This document shows positions 1 through 11,279 of a stretch of DNA of 64,000 nt, piece after piece. The DNA comes from the human T2T-CHM13v2.0 reference genome, Homo sapiens. Each line of letters starts with the position of its first letter. The first letter of the stretch is position 1. The stretch is taken from the NCBI RefSeq assembly GCF_009914755.1, contig NC_060925.1. One strand, 5' to 3'. The position numbers and the translations under genes were made by a program. The notes beneath the pieces were generated by a model that worked only from the letters and a program-made list of their open reading frames with translations, searched no databases and was not told the origin of the DNA.

Positions 1-180
1 AAGTTAAAGTGCGAATGAGGTACAGTGAGGTGTGTGATGGGGGACCTGTCCTAAGCCTGAGGCACACTTTCCCACGGGTGAAATAGCAGTCATCAGGGAG
101 CTAACTGGGAACAGGATCAGTGATTCAGAGATGGCTTTCCCAGGCCTGTGAATTGACCCTGCCTGGGAGGTGGTGAAAAC

Positions 181-420
181 ACTGTGGTATGACGAAAAGG
201 TACAGCCTTTGAAGTTAAACAGTTCTGAGTTCAAATCTGGTTTTCATCCCTTCCAGGCTGTGTGACCTTAAGCAAGTATGTAACGTCTCTGATGTTCAGT
301 TCATCCTGCATAAAATGGGATGATGAGGCGTGCCTCACAGGGTCATTGGGAGGATTGAAGGCGATTGAAGCATATACAGAGTGCTTAACAGTACCAGGCA
401 CAGAAGAGACAGCTGATAAC
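181..420 (+). mobile_element. MIR SINE
   Basis: MIR core: gagttcaaatctgg...gctgtgtgaccttaagcaagt...ctctg...cagttcatc...taaaatggg. Confidence 0.8.
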
Positions 421-1294
421 TGTTCATTCCCAGATTTTCCCCCTCAAACTTGCTCCTGCTCCAGTAGCCCTGGAGGTGCTGCTGCTTGCTTCATTTTCCC
501 AGGTCCCCTTGTATTCTTCATTGGTGTTTTGCAGTACTAAGAACAAGGTATGCCCTCCCCATCCCAGTGCAGACTCCCAGGGAGGAAAACCTCTCTGAGT
601 CCTCACTGGACAGGGGACGGGCACATGCCAGTGCCTGTCCACACAGCCAGGTGGAAGTCAGGGTAGGTCAGGCAGGCATGGGGATTACCAAATGGTACCA
701 TGAGGCCACAGACCTCCCTTACCCACCTATTTAGGCTCAGCCGTCTGGTCAAGGAGGAAGCCCAGTCCAGCCATCGTGCAGGACAGGCGGCAGCAGGAGG
801 CATGAGACTGGACCCCATCAGTGGGCATCCTGACAGTGGTGGATGGCACGGCATGAATAACACATGAAGCCTCCATAATTGGTGTTATTACACATGCATT
901 TCATCTCCATTCATAATGATTGGACACTTAAACCCAGCCGCCGTTCCTCTGCCGAGTGCTGCTGTCATCCTTCTAGCCGAGATCCCAGCAGCTGTCGAGA
1001 TCAGCCCCTGCCACTCTGATGCTGATGCGTATGGTTCCTTTTTCTTTGGAGCTCAGAGTTCCAGGAAATGTCAGTTTGTGGGAAGGAGTGAGACTGGTTC
1101 TTCTGACCAGACCACCCTCTCAACTGCCATGGTGCATGTTGTCTGCCTTTAGGGGCTTCCTCACCATCTAGGCAGTCAGCGGGGACATCCTAAGGTGAGA
1201 GGCAGGAGAAGAGACTATGGATAATAGGCTCAGCCAGCAGAAAGTGGTCCAGGGTCATTCCTTGCAGCAACCTGCCTCGGAGCATTCCTTCATA

Positions 1295-1617
1295 CAGTGG
1301 ACTTCAAACTAGTGTGCATTAGGATTACTTAGAAGGTTTGTTAAAACATTGCTGGATCTTACCCTTGGCATTTCTCACTCAGTAGCTTTAGGTCAAGTTT
1401 GAAATTTGTGTTTCTAACCAAAGGACCAGAGACCTAATGCTTCTGGTCCAGGACCATACTTTGAGGACCATTGCCTTAAAGCCCAGTTACTGCAACTGTG
1501 GTGCATGGACAGAGCCTCACCTGAGTGCTTATTACAAATGCAGAATCACAGGACCTGCCCCAAGCCTCTGGATCAGGAATGCATTGTAACAAGATTCCCA
1601 TTGCAGCTTGAGAAGCC
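1295..1617. mobile_element. MER5A/MER5B-like hAT-Charlie MITE fragments
   Basis: cagtgg...caaact...gcattaggattacttagaaggtttgttaaaaca...ggtccaggaccatactttgaggaccattg, followed by a second MER5-like piece. Confidence 0.65.
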
Positions 1618-1933
1618 TTAAAATGCAAATGGGTCAGAGGTGGGCAGAGCTATCAAAGGCAGGTCTAGCAGCTGTAGATACCTGACCAGTGTTTCCAGCC
1701 AAGAGCAGCTTCTATCTTTTGTGACAAAGATTGGGAAACATTGCCCGAGAGCCCCCAAGCATATGGATAAAGACCCTCTGAGGAGGGACTTCCAGCCCTG
1801 ACTCCATACGTTAATCCCACCTCTCACTCTGGAATGCCCTTCCTGGTAACCTTCATGCAGAAGTCCACGTCCCCAGCTGGGCCCATCCATCCCTGTCTGA
1901 CAGCTGCCCCCTGCTCTCCTCCCCTGCCCATAG

Positions 1934-2870
1934 GTAGTGGCCTTTGCCTCTCTCTTCTTCATCCTGGTCTCCATCACCACTTTCTGCCTGGAGACCCATG
2001 AGGCCTTTAATATCGACCGCAACGTGACAGAGATCCTCCGCGTAGGGAACATCACCAGCGTGCACTTCCGGCGGGAGGTAGAGACAGAGCCCATCCTGAC
2101 CTACATCGAGGGCGTATGTGTGCTGTGGTTCACACTGGAGTTCCTGGTGCGCATCGTGTGCTGCCCCGACACGCTGGACTTCGTCAAGAACCTGCTCAAC
2201 ATCATCGACTTTGTGGCCATCCTGCCCTTCTACCTGGAGGTGGGGCTGAGCGGCCTGTCATCCAAGGCGGCCCGCGACGTGCTGGGCTTCCTGCGCGTGG
2301 TGCGCTTCGTGCGCATCCTGCGTATCTTCAAGCTCACACGCCACTTCGTGGGGCTACGCGTGCTGGGCCACACCCTGAGGGCCAGCACCAATGAGTTCCT
2401 GCTGCTTATCATCTTCCTGGCCCTGGGTGTGCTCATCTTTGCCACCATGATCTACTACGCTGAGCGCATTGGGGCCAGGCCCTCCGACCCTCGGGGTAAT
2501 GACCACACCGACTTCAAGAACATCCCCATTGGCTTCTGGTGGGCTGTGGTCACCATGACGACACTGGGCTACGGAGACATGTACCCCAAGACGTGGTCAG
2601 GCATGCTGGTAGGGGCACTGTGTGCACTGGCTGGCGTGCTCACCATCGCCATGCCGGTGCCTGTCATCGTCAACAACTTCGGCATGTACTACTCCCTGGC
2701 CATGGCCAAGCAGAAGCTGCCCAAGAAACGGAAGAAGCACGTGCCACGGCCGGCGCAGCTGGAGTCACCCATGTACTGCAAGTCTGAGGAGACTTCCCCC
2801 CGGGACAGCACCTGCAGTGATACCAGCCCCCCTGCCCGGGAAGAGGGTATGATCGAGAGGAAACGGGCAG
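1934..2870 (+). CDS. KCNC4: Kv3.4 potassium channel, internal coding exon (exon 2): S1-S6, pore and proximal C-terminus
   Basis: Acceptor ...ctcctcccctgcccatAG|GTAGTGGCC (VVAFASLFF, phase 0) and donor AAACGGGCAG|gtgag (phase 1); 937 nt. Encodes S4 [17 protein letters not shown], pore [15 protein letters not shown]6 AMPVPVIV, N-glycosylation sequons NVT/NIT and the Kv3 basic motif [15 protein letters not shown]. The linker [31 protein letters not shown] is Kv3.4-specific. Confidence 0.98.
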
Positions 2871-3004
2871 GTGAGATTAGGGGTTGGGAAGGAAAATCCC
2901 TTTTCCCCCAGTGGCCTAGGGAGTTTCCAAATGGACCTCAGACCTTGGGATTTGGCATGTGTTTTGTGTGGGGCTTCCCTAAGCATAAAGATGTGCCTTT
3001 ATGA
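2871..3004 (+). CDS. KCNC4: In-frame read-through of the exon-2 donor giving an alternative C-terminus (G)[43 protein letters not shown]
   Basis: ORF 1937..3004 stays open across the donor; AATAAA at 3422-3427. Analogous to the Kv3.1a-type short form, and matches my recollection of a 582-aa human Kv3.4 form. Confidence 0.6.
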
Positions 3005-3104
3005 GGGCAAAGTGTTGAGGCCGAATTTCTCTGTCCTCTGGCTGGGTCTCCGATAGCTTCCCGAACATCAGATCTTTGGAGTGAGTATTCCACCCAGGGT
3101 AGGG

Positions 3105-3315
3105 TGTGATGGGCAGTACATGGGGCTGTATATTAGATGCCCTGGTTTTAAATCCAATCTTGGCCACTGTGCTGTGTGCCCTGAGGCCAGTCACTCACCC
3201 TCTCTAGGCACCTGTAAAATGGGAATAATATCATATCCTACCCTCAAGACTTTGAGAGACCCAAATGAATGACAGATATGAAAGTACTTTGGGAAGTCAG
3301 AACCACATTACAAAT
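3105..3315 (+). mobile_element. MIR SINE
   Basis: ctggttttaaatccaatcttggccact...tcactcaccctctct...cctgtaaaatgggaataata. Confidence 0.7.
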
Positions 3316-4944
3316 GTCAGGTACTGTCAATATTAGCCAGTGAGCAGGGCAGCTGTTCTTCCAAGGTACATCAACACATGAATCACTTCTTTGCAAACGT
3401 TCGAGTCTGGTATCTTGGCCTAATAAATGTGATAACGTAATAGCAGTGGGAGGCTGCCTTCTGTTCAGCACAAGCTAGATTGAGTCCTGGGCTCAGGGTT
3501 TGACATGGGATGGAAAGGAACTGAGGAAGGAGTGGCCCAGACAGTGTTGGGAAGGGGAGGAACATGGAAGAAACTGATATCTGTGCCCTGGAAGGGGAGA
3601 GCCTGGGCATCTGAATCCTGTCCCTCAAGGATGGGAAAGGCCATCCCAAGAAAGCTCATCTCCGCCCCTGAATCAGGAGTTGGGAAATGGAAAACTGCTT
3701 AATCCCCAGCAATGTGAACTTCGGTTGGAGAGAGGGAAAGGCATCCTGACTGTTATGTGTAGGCTGGGCTCCTGGGAAAGGTATGGAATTCCTGGTATGG
3801 GGAGGTGGACTGGAGCCAGGAGACTAAGGCTAAGCTCTGGGGCAAAGTGGGACTGACCCTGCAGGAGAGGCGCCTAGCTTGGGACACTCACCTATGGCCT
3901 TTGGCATGTGCCTATCATACATGCCCGGGTCCACTCATTCCCGGGGGTCATGTCAGGGGCCTGGGTCTTCCGAAGGCCTTGATAGAAGAGCATCCATCAG
4001 GCTTCCCATTTCTCCCCCACCAAAGTGGCACTGCTTCCTAATTTGTGAATATTAATTTCCCGGGGAATTTCAGCTGCACTCTGAGGCCCATTCAGGGTAT
4101 AAAGAGAATCCCAGTATTAAAACGTAGAAGTCCTTAGGTCAGCTCCTCAAGGTACACTTAACTGTGGCCCTATCAGCCTTGCCCTTAGCCTGACCCTGAG
4201 AGCAGCCACAGTAAGGGCATGCCTGGCCAATGGCAGGGCCACTGTCTTCAGATAGAGTAGCACCCCCTTCTCCAGATCCAAGGGCCCAGCTTCACCTGTG
4301 CTACTGCCTGACAGAGGCAAGGGGTGGAGACTAAGCCCACAGCACTTGAGAGCTGCGTCGGAGCTTTTCTCATGGTATCCTCCCCAGACAAAGGTCAGCC
4401 CTAATTGCGGAGGGCTCTAGGTCTTTTGGGCACAGGACTCTGGCCTAGATGCCTAGTGAACAAGAATTACTGTCACCCAGGGAGAAAGCATGGACGCCAC
4501 TTTATAGGTTTAACCCTTGCCGTGCCACCCCTCACCGCTAGCAAGCCAGGTATTCTCCACGGGAAAGCAGACTCATCCAAGAGTCAGCCTGAGCCAGACC
4601 CAAGGAGGAAGTAGAGTCTGCGGACTGCTTTGGGCTGATCTCCTGGGGCAGCCGTCAGCAGGCAGATTTGGGGAGTCACTGCTGTAGGGCATCTGCACTG
4701 TGGCTTCATCCCTGAGGAGAGACCCTAAGCTGAGGCTGGGAGGGAAGTCAGTCTTCACACCAAGTGTAGCATCCCTGCCTTTTGCCCTCTGCTCCCCGGC
4801 TCTGGCAATGCTGCCTCTCAGGTAGATGCTAGGCCCCTCCCAAGGTTGAGGAAGTAACACTCTGGGTCTGGGAGACCCCAGATGACCCATGAGCAAGGCT
4901 CAGGTCGCCCCTCATGCAGCCTCCTTTCTGTGTGCCCCCTTCAG

Positions 4945-5148
4945 ACTCTAAGCAGAATGGCGATGCCAACGCAGTGCTGTCTGATGAGGAGGGAGCTGGC
5001 CTCACCCAACCCCTGGCCTCCTCCCCGACCCCCGAGGAGCGCCGGGCCCTGCGACGCTCCACCACTCGAGACAGAAACAAGAAGGCAGCTGCCTGCTTCC
5101 TGCTCAGCACTGGGGACTATGCCTGCGCCGATGGTAGTGTCCGGAAAG
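4945..5148 (+). CDS. KCNC4: KCNC4 exon 3 ([16 protein letters not shown]...[18 protein letters not shown])
   Basis: Acceptor ctcctttctgtgtgcccccttcAG|AC and donor AAAG|gtatgg; 204 nt, phase 1-1. The CFLLSTGDY motif is conserved across Kv3 C-termini. Confidence 0.96.
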
Positions 5149-7502
5149 GTATGGCTTCCCAAGCTGGACAGGTGGGGAGCCCCCACAGAGCTGAGTCTCC
5201 CGAGTCCCCCACCAAGAGCCTGAGGTCCCCCCCTCCCCTGAGACCGTGGCCGCCATCTCCTCTGCCTTGGATGCACCCCCACTTTTAGAATGGGTACCTG
5301 ATCTCCCAGTCCCTGGATTAGAAAGGTCTTCTCCATCTCAGAAGGGCACACGGCTCCCATCCAGCTGCCCATGGGAAAGAGCAGCGCTAGAGGGTAAAGG
5401 GTGCACAAGGCCAGGGTCCCTGCCCCGTGCTTCCATTGCATCTCTTTTTCTACCTCTGGTTCCCGCTGCTGCCTTCAGGCCCCATTCCACAGGGTCACTG
5501 CCAGCCTCTCCCTAGGCCTCCCTTAAACACAGCTAAGGCTTCCCAAGTAGGTGACCCCTCGAGGTGCCAACAACGTTCAAGAGTCAGGGAGCCCCACACA
5601 GGCCCTGCATCCTCCCATCCTGCGCCAGGGGTCCTGGAGCACAGGATGGGCAGACTTCCGTCTGCAAGCACCTAGAGGGTGACTGTCCTCTTGAGGCAGT
5701 GCCAGAGATGACCAAGGGGTGGGATAGGTGGGCAGGAAGAGTGGGTCCCATCTGAGGAATGTTCTGAGTATTTGGAGAGAGAGGGAGCAGCCCATCCTCT
5801 GCTTGTCGGAAAAGGCTGAAATTCCATCCCCAGGCCCCAAGCCTGCGGCAAGGCAAGGGCAGAGGTTGGGCTGTGGAGCTAGGGATTCCTGGCCTCGGAA
5901 AGCGGGTAGGAATGATCAAGGATGGTGGAGGGCCCGTGGTGGCTGAGAACCAGGGGTCTTAGGACCAGGCCCTCCTACCCAGTTTTCGATCACTTATTCG
6001 TCTCTCTTGCCCTGTCCCTGTTACCTAACCTCACTCAATGTTCTACCTCTTTCTAGAATAAACCCTGACTCCCTCCAAAACAGAGCTCTTCCCCAGGTTC
6101 TCTGCCACTTCTTAACCAGCTGGATTTCCCATCCCCCACTTCCCTCTGTCCCCAAACCCCAGACCCAAACTAGGTTGAGTGAGGAAGGGGCAGTGGCAGC
6201 TACAGGAATAGCCTGTGATGCCTCTGTCCCTCTGAAGATGTCCCAATGTCCCGTGGCCTGCCAGCCCATGCAGGCTCTGTGGGCACCTTCTAGTTTCTTT
6301 CCCAGACCTTTCAGTACCACTCTCCCCATGGAAGCCCCAGGCCACCCTGAGCCTAACCAGCCCCTGAAAGGTGTGTGTCCAGCTTTGTTGGGCATGTGTT
6401 CTGTGGACTGGCAGAAATGGGAATAGTGATCTGGTGCCTAGAAGGAAGTGGTCCAGCAACCCCAGCAAAAGGCAGCAGATGGAGGGTGCTCAGACCTCTA
6501 CCCTCGCCTGTGTTCCTTTGTTCACCCCCGTGTCCTATCCTTGGGCCTGGATTTGGCCTTCTCTCCCGCCGACCATCCCAAACAGGCAGTGGCTTCCACT
6601 GTGTCCTTGTTCAGGCCCAAAGCCTTGCTCTGGCTGGACCGTGCTAAGCAGACAGTCTAGAACGAGTGGTCCCTGTGTAGGACTCGAGCACACAGAGCTG
6701 AGTGCCACGCATCCCTGCTTTCCTCCCTGGGCTGTGAGGGGCTCAGTGGAAATAGGTGTGGAAGAGGCCGTGAGGGTACCAGTCAGGAGGGACCACGAGG
6801 TACTGGGAGTGGACTGCACCTGGGGAAGGAGTTTCACCGGCACGTGCACGGGGCAGGAGAGCCAGCATCTCACCATCCAGTATCCCTGGGGTGCCTGTGG
6901 GGCCTGTCTGCTCTGTTTTCAAGATGCCTCCACACTGCTTCTTGGCAACAGGCATGTAGCTCAGCCAATTAGAGTGACCTTCGAGAGGGAACAGGTGGGT
7001 TGCTGGGAAACAGGCCCTGCTAAGCAAGCGTGGCAGTTAACATTGCCAAACTCCCAATGCACACTCGGCAACTTTCTCCACGCCGTACCGTGCCGCACTT
7101 CTCCACACTCAGGTTATGCTTAAGACCAGGAGTGAGTGGGTCTGGGCCTCCTCCACACAGGCCCATGTATCAGAGTGTCAGTTCCCTGGGAGGATGGTGG
7201 CAGGTGCTAATTAGGGCTTCTTAGAGTCAAGAAGGCTGATGCTGGAGGCTGTGGGGTCTTTGTCTAGCTGGGCTATCAAGGAGCTGGTGGGAAGCTTACC
7301 TGGGGGCAGGACAGGACAAAAGTCAGCTGGGTGTGGGGCCCTGGAGTCTGTCCTCAGGAGCCCAGGAGACCTGAGGCCAGGGAGAGTCAAGGAGGGCCAG
7401 GCCCCTCCACACCAGCCCAGGGCCACCCGCCCTGCAGTGTCTCCTGGAGCGTGGACCCTGTGGAGCTGCGCCCACTGACCCATGTGCCTTTTCTTCACCA
7501 AG

Positions 7503-7669
7503 GCTGTGGAAAGTCCCGGAGTCTAAACAACATAGTTGGAGCAGCTGGAACCAGCCTGGGGCTGTCTCCACTGGCATCGCGTTACAGCTTGCCCTACCCT
7601 CTGAAAAAGTTCCTGCTCACCCCCTTCCACCCCCTCACCGGCCCACCCCCTGGTCACTCTGCCCCTTAG
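7503..7669 (+). CDS. KCNC4: Cryptic or relic alternative terminal exon of KCNC4 encoding a Kv3.2b/Kv3.3-like tail ([36 protein letters not shown]...)
   Basis: Branch CTGAC at 7475-7479, pyrimidine tract and AAG|GC acceptor in the phase matching the exon-3 donor. 21/36 ungapped identities to the recalled Kv3.2b tail; TAG at 7667-7669. Expression is not provable from sequence. Confidence 0.6.
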
Positions 7670-10600
7670 CTGCACCTTCCCCTCTGGGCACACGCGCACA
7701 AACAGGCACCCTTCCATGCCCTCAGCGCTCACTCCCCAGGGCCCACGCGGGCAGCAGGAGGGAGCAGGGGGGAGCAGTCAGGACAGAGGAGAACTTAGGC
7801 CCCCGAGCCTGCCCTCCATAGCTCCAAGCTTCCCAAAAGGTTCAGCTCTGGAACCGGAGAGCAAAGGGGAAAGCAATCCCAGAGCTTCTCCCCATATTGG
7901 CCTCTTCCTGGGCTGTAGGTGCACACCCCGGACCTGTCTTTCGGCCTTGCCTTCCTCTCGGGGTCCCACCAGGGCCAGTCTCAGCCACCAGGCGTTTATG
8001 TGTGCACAGAGCGCCTGGGGCCAGTCAGCCTTGTTGGGGAGCCACGCCTATGTTAATATCTTTAATCACTGTGAATGTATTTCCATTCCTCATAGCCTTT
8101 AACCAGTAGCCGAACAGCCTGTCTGTCTGTCTGTCTGTCCACCCCACACCCAGACCAGCAAGGAACAAGGCTGTTATGTCGGGCATCTCTGCTGGTGTAA
8201 AGGTGGTTTGACTCCTTGGAAGAGCAGTGCCTATGGGCAGTGCTGCCCTGGGAGAAGAGGCCTGATGTTTTCTATCCCTGGCTTGGGGCGCAGGTAGGGG
8301 TCCCTAGCGTTGTAGCTTCAGGCTTGGTGCAGGCCGTGGGCGGGCTGCCTAGGCGAGGGAGGCCCTTCCCTCAGGAAGCCTCTGCCCAGATTCAGTGGTG
8401 ACTCCCACTGGCGGCACCTGGTGTCCCTTCTGCGCCCCGAGCTGCAGCATCGCTCTCCACGCTGCTTCCTCTGCTTCTGCGACAGTTCTTCTTCCCTCTC
8501 CCTCTCCCTCAAACTCCCAGCCCTGCCTCTGAGTCACCTGCCATTCCCACCCAGCCTCTGCGCTCTGTATTCCTGCCAGAACCGGAGACTCATCTAATTT
8601 CTATAATTAAGTGTATTCATTTACCTAACGAGCCCAGGAGCACAACAGGTTTGTGAGTCACTGGGTGAGCAGGGGTACACCTTGCGCAGGGGCAGCTGAG
8701 GGGAAGTGTGGGGACAGAAGCCATCTTGCCCCCACCTGCTCCTGCCGCTCCCGGGAAGGGGGCCCTCCACAGCCTGAGGAACAAGGTTGCCTCAGCCAAG
8801 ACGTTTCCTCTTTCACCTGATGGGAATTAGACCTGACAGCAGAGCCGTGCGCCTGGCAATTTTTAGAGTCAGATTATGCAATTTTGCGGAGAGAATGACT
8901 AAGTAAGGTCCAGATCTGCTCCTTCCATGGTCAGCAAAGATAGGATGGCAGGGCAGCGTCGGGGCTGGGCAGAGGCTGGGAAATCTGAGGCTCCCCAAAA
9001 GGCGGACTGGGCAGAGCAAATTATTGCATGGGGTTGGGGGTGTTGTGTAAAGCCTGTGCCCGGAGTGTCCCCATCTCGGCACCTCCCTCAGTCTTGGGCA
9101 GACACAGAAATGTCCTTCTGGAAAGGTCTGTTCAGAGTGGGCACTGGGATACCCCCACCCTGCAGTGGTTTGTGGGGCCTGCCTCCCACTTGCTCTCAGA
9201 ATGAAGTGACCTGACCCATAAGAAGTGAGAAGAGGGGATGTGGGGGCCTCCATGCAACTGCCCTTCAGGAGGGAGCAGGCCCTTGAAGTGACAGGGATGG
9301 GGAAGCCTGTGGAACAGGATGGAGATGCGAGGGCCCCTCCCCCAACAGCGAGAGGACTCCCTGGCATGGAGGGCCTGGGCTCTGACAGGGACACAACGAG
9401 CCGGGTGTGCAGGTTCACAGGGATGCCACCACTGTTTTCTCCTCTGACTTGCCTTTCTGGTTCAGGGAACCGAGGCCGCTATTTCTGTGGCAGCCCTCAA
9501 GTTGTCAGGAGCCCAAGTTTCCACGGCACCCACCGCCTCCTTCCCTCTCTTCCCTCCCACAGGGCTGGGTCTGGCTCATGGCACCCCTACGGTGGGCACA
9601 GATGTCCCTGGGCGACAAGATGCAGCATTGCCAGGCTGGAGCCCTAATGCCTCGGGGAGCTGGCTCCCACACATCCCTCCTGGCTCTCTGGCTTCATCTG
9701 GGAGAGATAGAACCCAGATAGCAGGAGGGCTGAGTAGACTGTCTGCCCTTACAACCTCTCAGCACCTCTGGGCCTGCCCAGGGCCCTGGGAAAGGGCAGG
9801 GTGAGCCCAGGCATTTGCAGAACCCCTGCATACCAGGCACTGCCACAGGAAGTGGCTGCCTGTACAGGCGTCAGGCTCACCCAGGCCTTGAGCCTCCCTC
9901 CTTGAGAGAAGGCTCTCTCCCACCCACCATCTGAGAGTAGAGTTTGTTTTCCTTGGGCTAGACTTGGACCTGCACCCACTACTTTGTTGTCAGATGCCTT
10001 TCCCCTGCAGCTGGAGCTCAGCCCCTTCCCACAGAACTGGGAGGCAGTCTGGGTAGGAGTTCACAACCTCGCCTTCCAGTCTGTAGCAGGGTTACTGGCA
10101 ACCTAGAGACCAATTTTCAGGGCTTCTGAGAGGTAGAACCAGAAGGAAGGGCACTGCAACCTAGAAGCTGGCTGACAGGAGCCAGAGGGGAGGCCATGGA
10201 CTGGCTGCAGGGCCCAGGCTGCCCTTTCACAGAGCTTCCTGGGAGAGGAGGGCCTGCTCTGCTCTGGCCAGCGTCACCCTCTGAAATCCCTGCCCCACCC
10301 CTGGTGGGTCAAATAGGTAAGAATCCAGGATGAGATTCCTAGGAAGACCCCTCCCCAACTCTCAGAGGTCCCTGAGGATGGAGAGTCCATGGAAGCCAGT
10401 GGAAAAGCAATCTAAGGCCATTATCTCAGTATGGGCTGCTCTGCTCCCTGGCTTCTGGGACACTTGACAGCCTTGCTGTGACTCCTTCTGTCTCATCCTA
10501 GACCCATCCTAGACCCCTCAGTAGCCCAGGCATTCTCACCGGTGCATCTTAGGGCCTAATTGCCTACTGGGAGCCCAGAGGCACTCCCCTGTCCCCTAAT

Positions 10601-11190
10601 GAGTGGGGATCAGTGGCAGGTGTTGCTTAAGTTACGCAGACAGGAGTACAGGGCAAGACCACAGCTCTGTCTGCGTGTCCTCAGAAATGGGGCTCTGAAG
10701 AACCCTGAATTCCTCTGATTTCAAGGATAGTACTCAGAGGCCCAGAACACTTGTAGGCAAAGGGGCAGTGTTTAAGGAGGTGGCTGGGGCATACAGTCTT
10801 AAGAAGATGGAAACAGCATCACCCCAAGATGAGGACACCCCTTCCCTAGAAAGGTGATGGAGGCACCCCGAAGCCCAGGATGGAAGCTGTGAGGTCTGGA
10901 TGCCACATCTGCACTCCACCTTGACAGGAGGCCTAGCCCTAGACCTCAGACCCGAGAGCTGCAGGGGTTGTCCCAGCGGGTCTGGAACTCCCACCTCCAC
11001 TGTTGACCCAGATCTGCAGCTGGGACAGCAGTACTCCTACCTGCCCTACCTGTGCTCCCACTGGTAAGGTAGGGGAAGGAAAGGCCCAGGTGGTAGACAT
11101 CCCAGGCTGAGGGTGGGATCCCAAAAGGGCTCTCTGAGGGGTTGGGTTTCTCAATAAGGTACTATTTCCTGACCTTCTCTCCTGAGACAG

Positions 11191-11279
11191 GCACATTCGT
11201 CCTCCGTGACCTTCCCCTTCAGCATTCACCTGAGGCTGCATGCCCTCCAACTGCTGGGACTCTGTTCCTGCCACATTGA
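11191..11279 (+). CDS. KCNC4: KCNC4 terminal exon option 1: (G)TFVLRDLPLQHSPEAACPPTAGTLFLPH*
   Basis: Acceptor cctgaccttctctcctgagacAG|GC in phase 1; TGA at 11277-11279. Matches the recalled C-terminus of the 635-aa human isoform. Confidence 0.9.

Noticed and set aside
1931-1940. TAG|GTAG|TG: tandem acceptor or recursive-splice AG|GT site at the exon-2 start
   Set aside because: The second AG is out of frame and GTAGTG is a weak donor; explained by the Val-Val codons.
1618-2986. Antisense and alternative-frame ORFs over exon 2
   Set aside because: Shadows of GC3-rich KCNC4 codon usage.
6371-7123. 250-aa ORF in intron 3
   Set aside because: Non-ATG start, low-complexity Cys/Trp/Pro-rich composition, no recognisable domain; expected by chance in GC-rich DNA.
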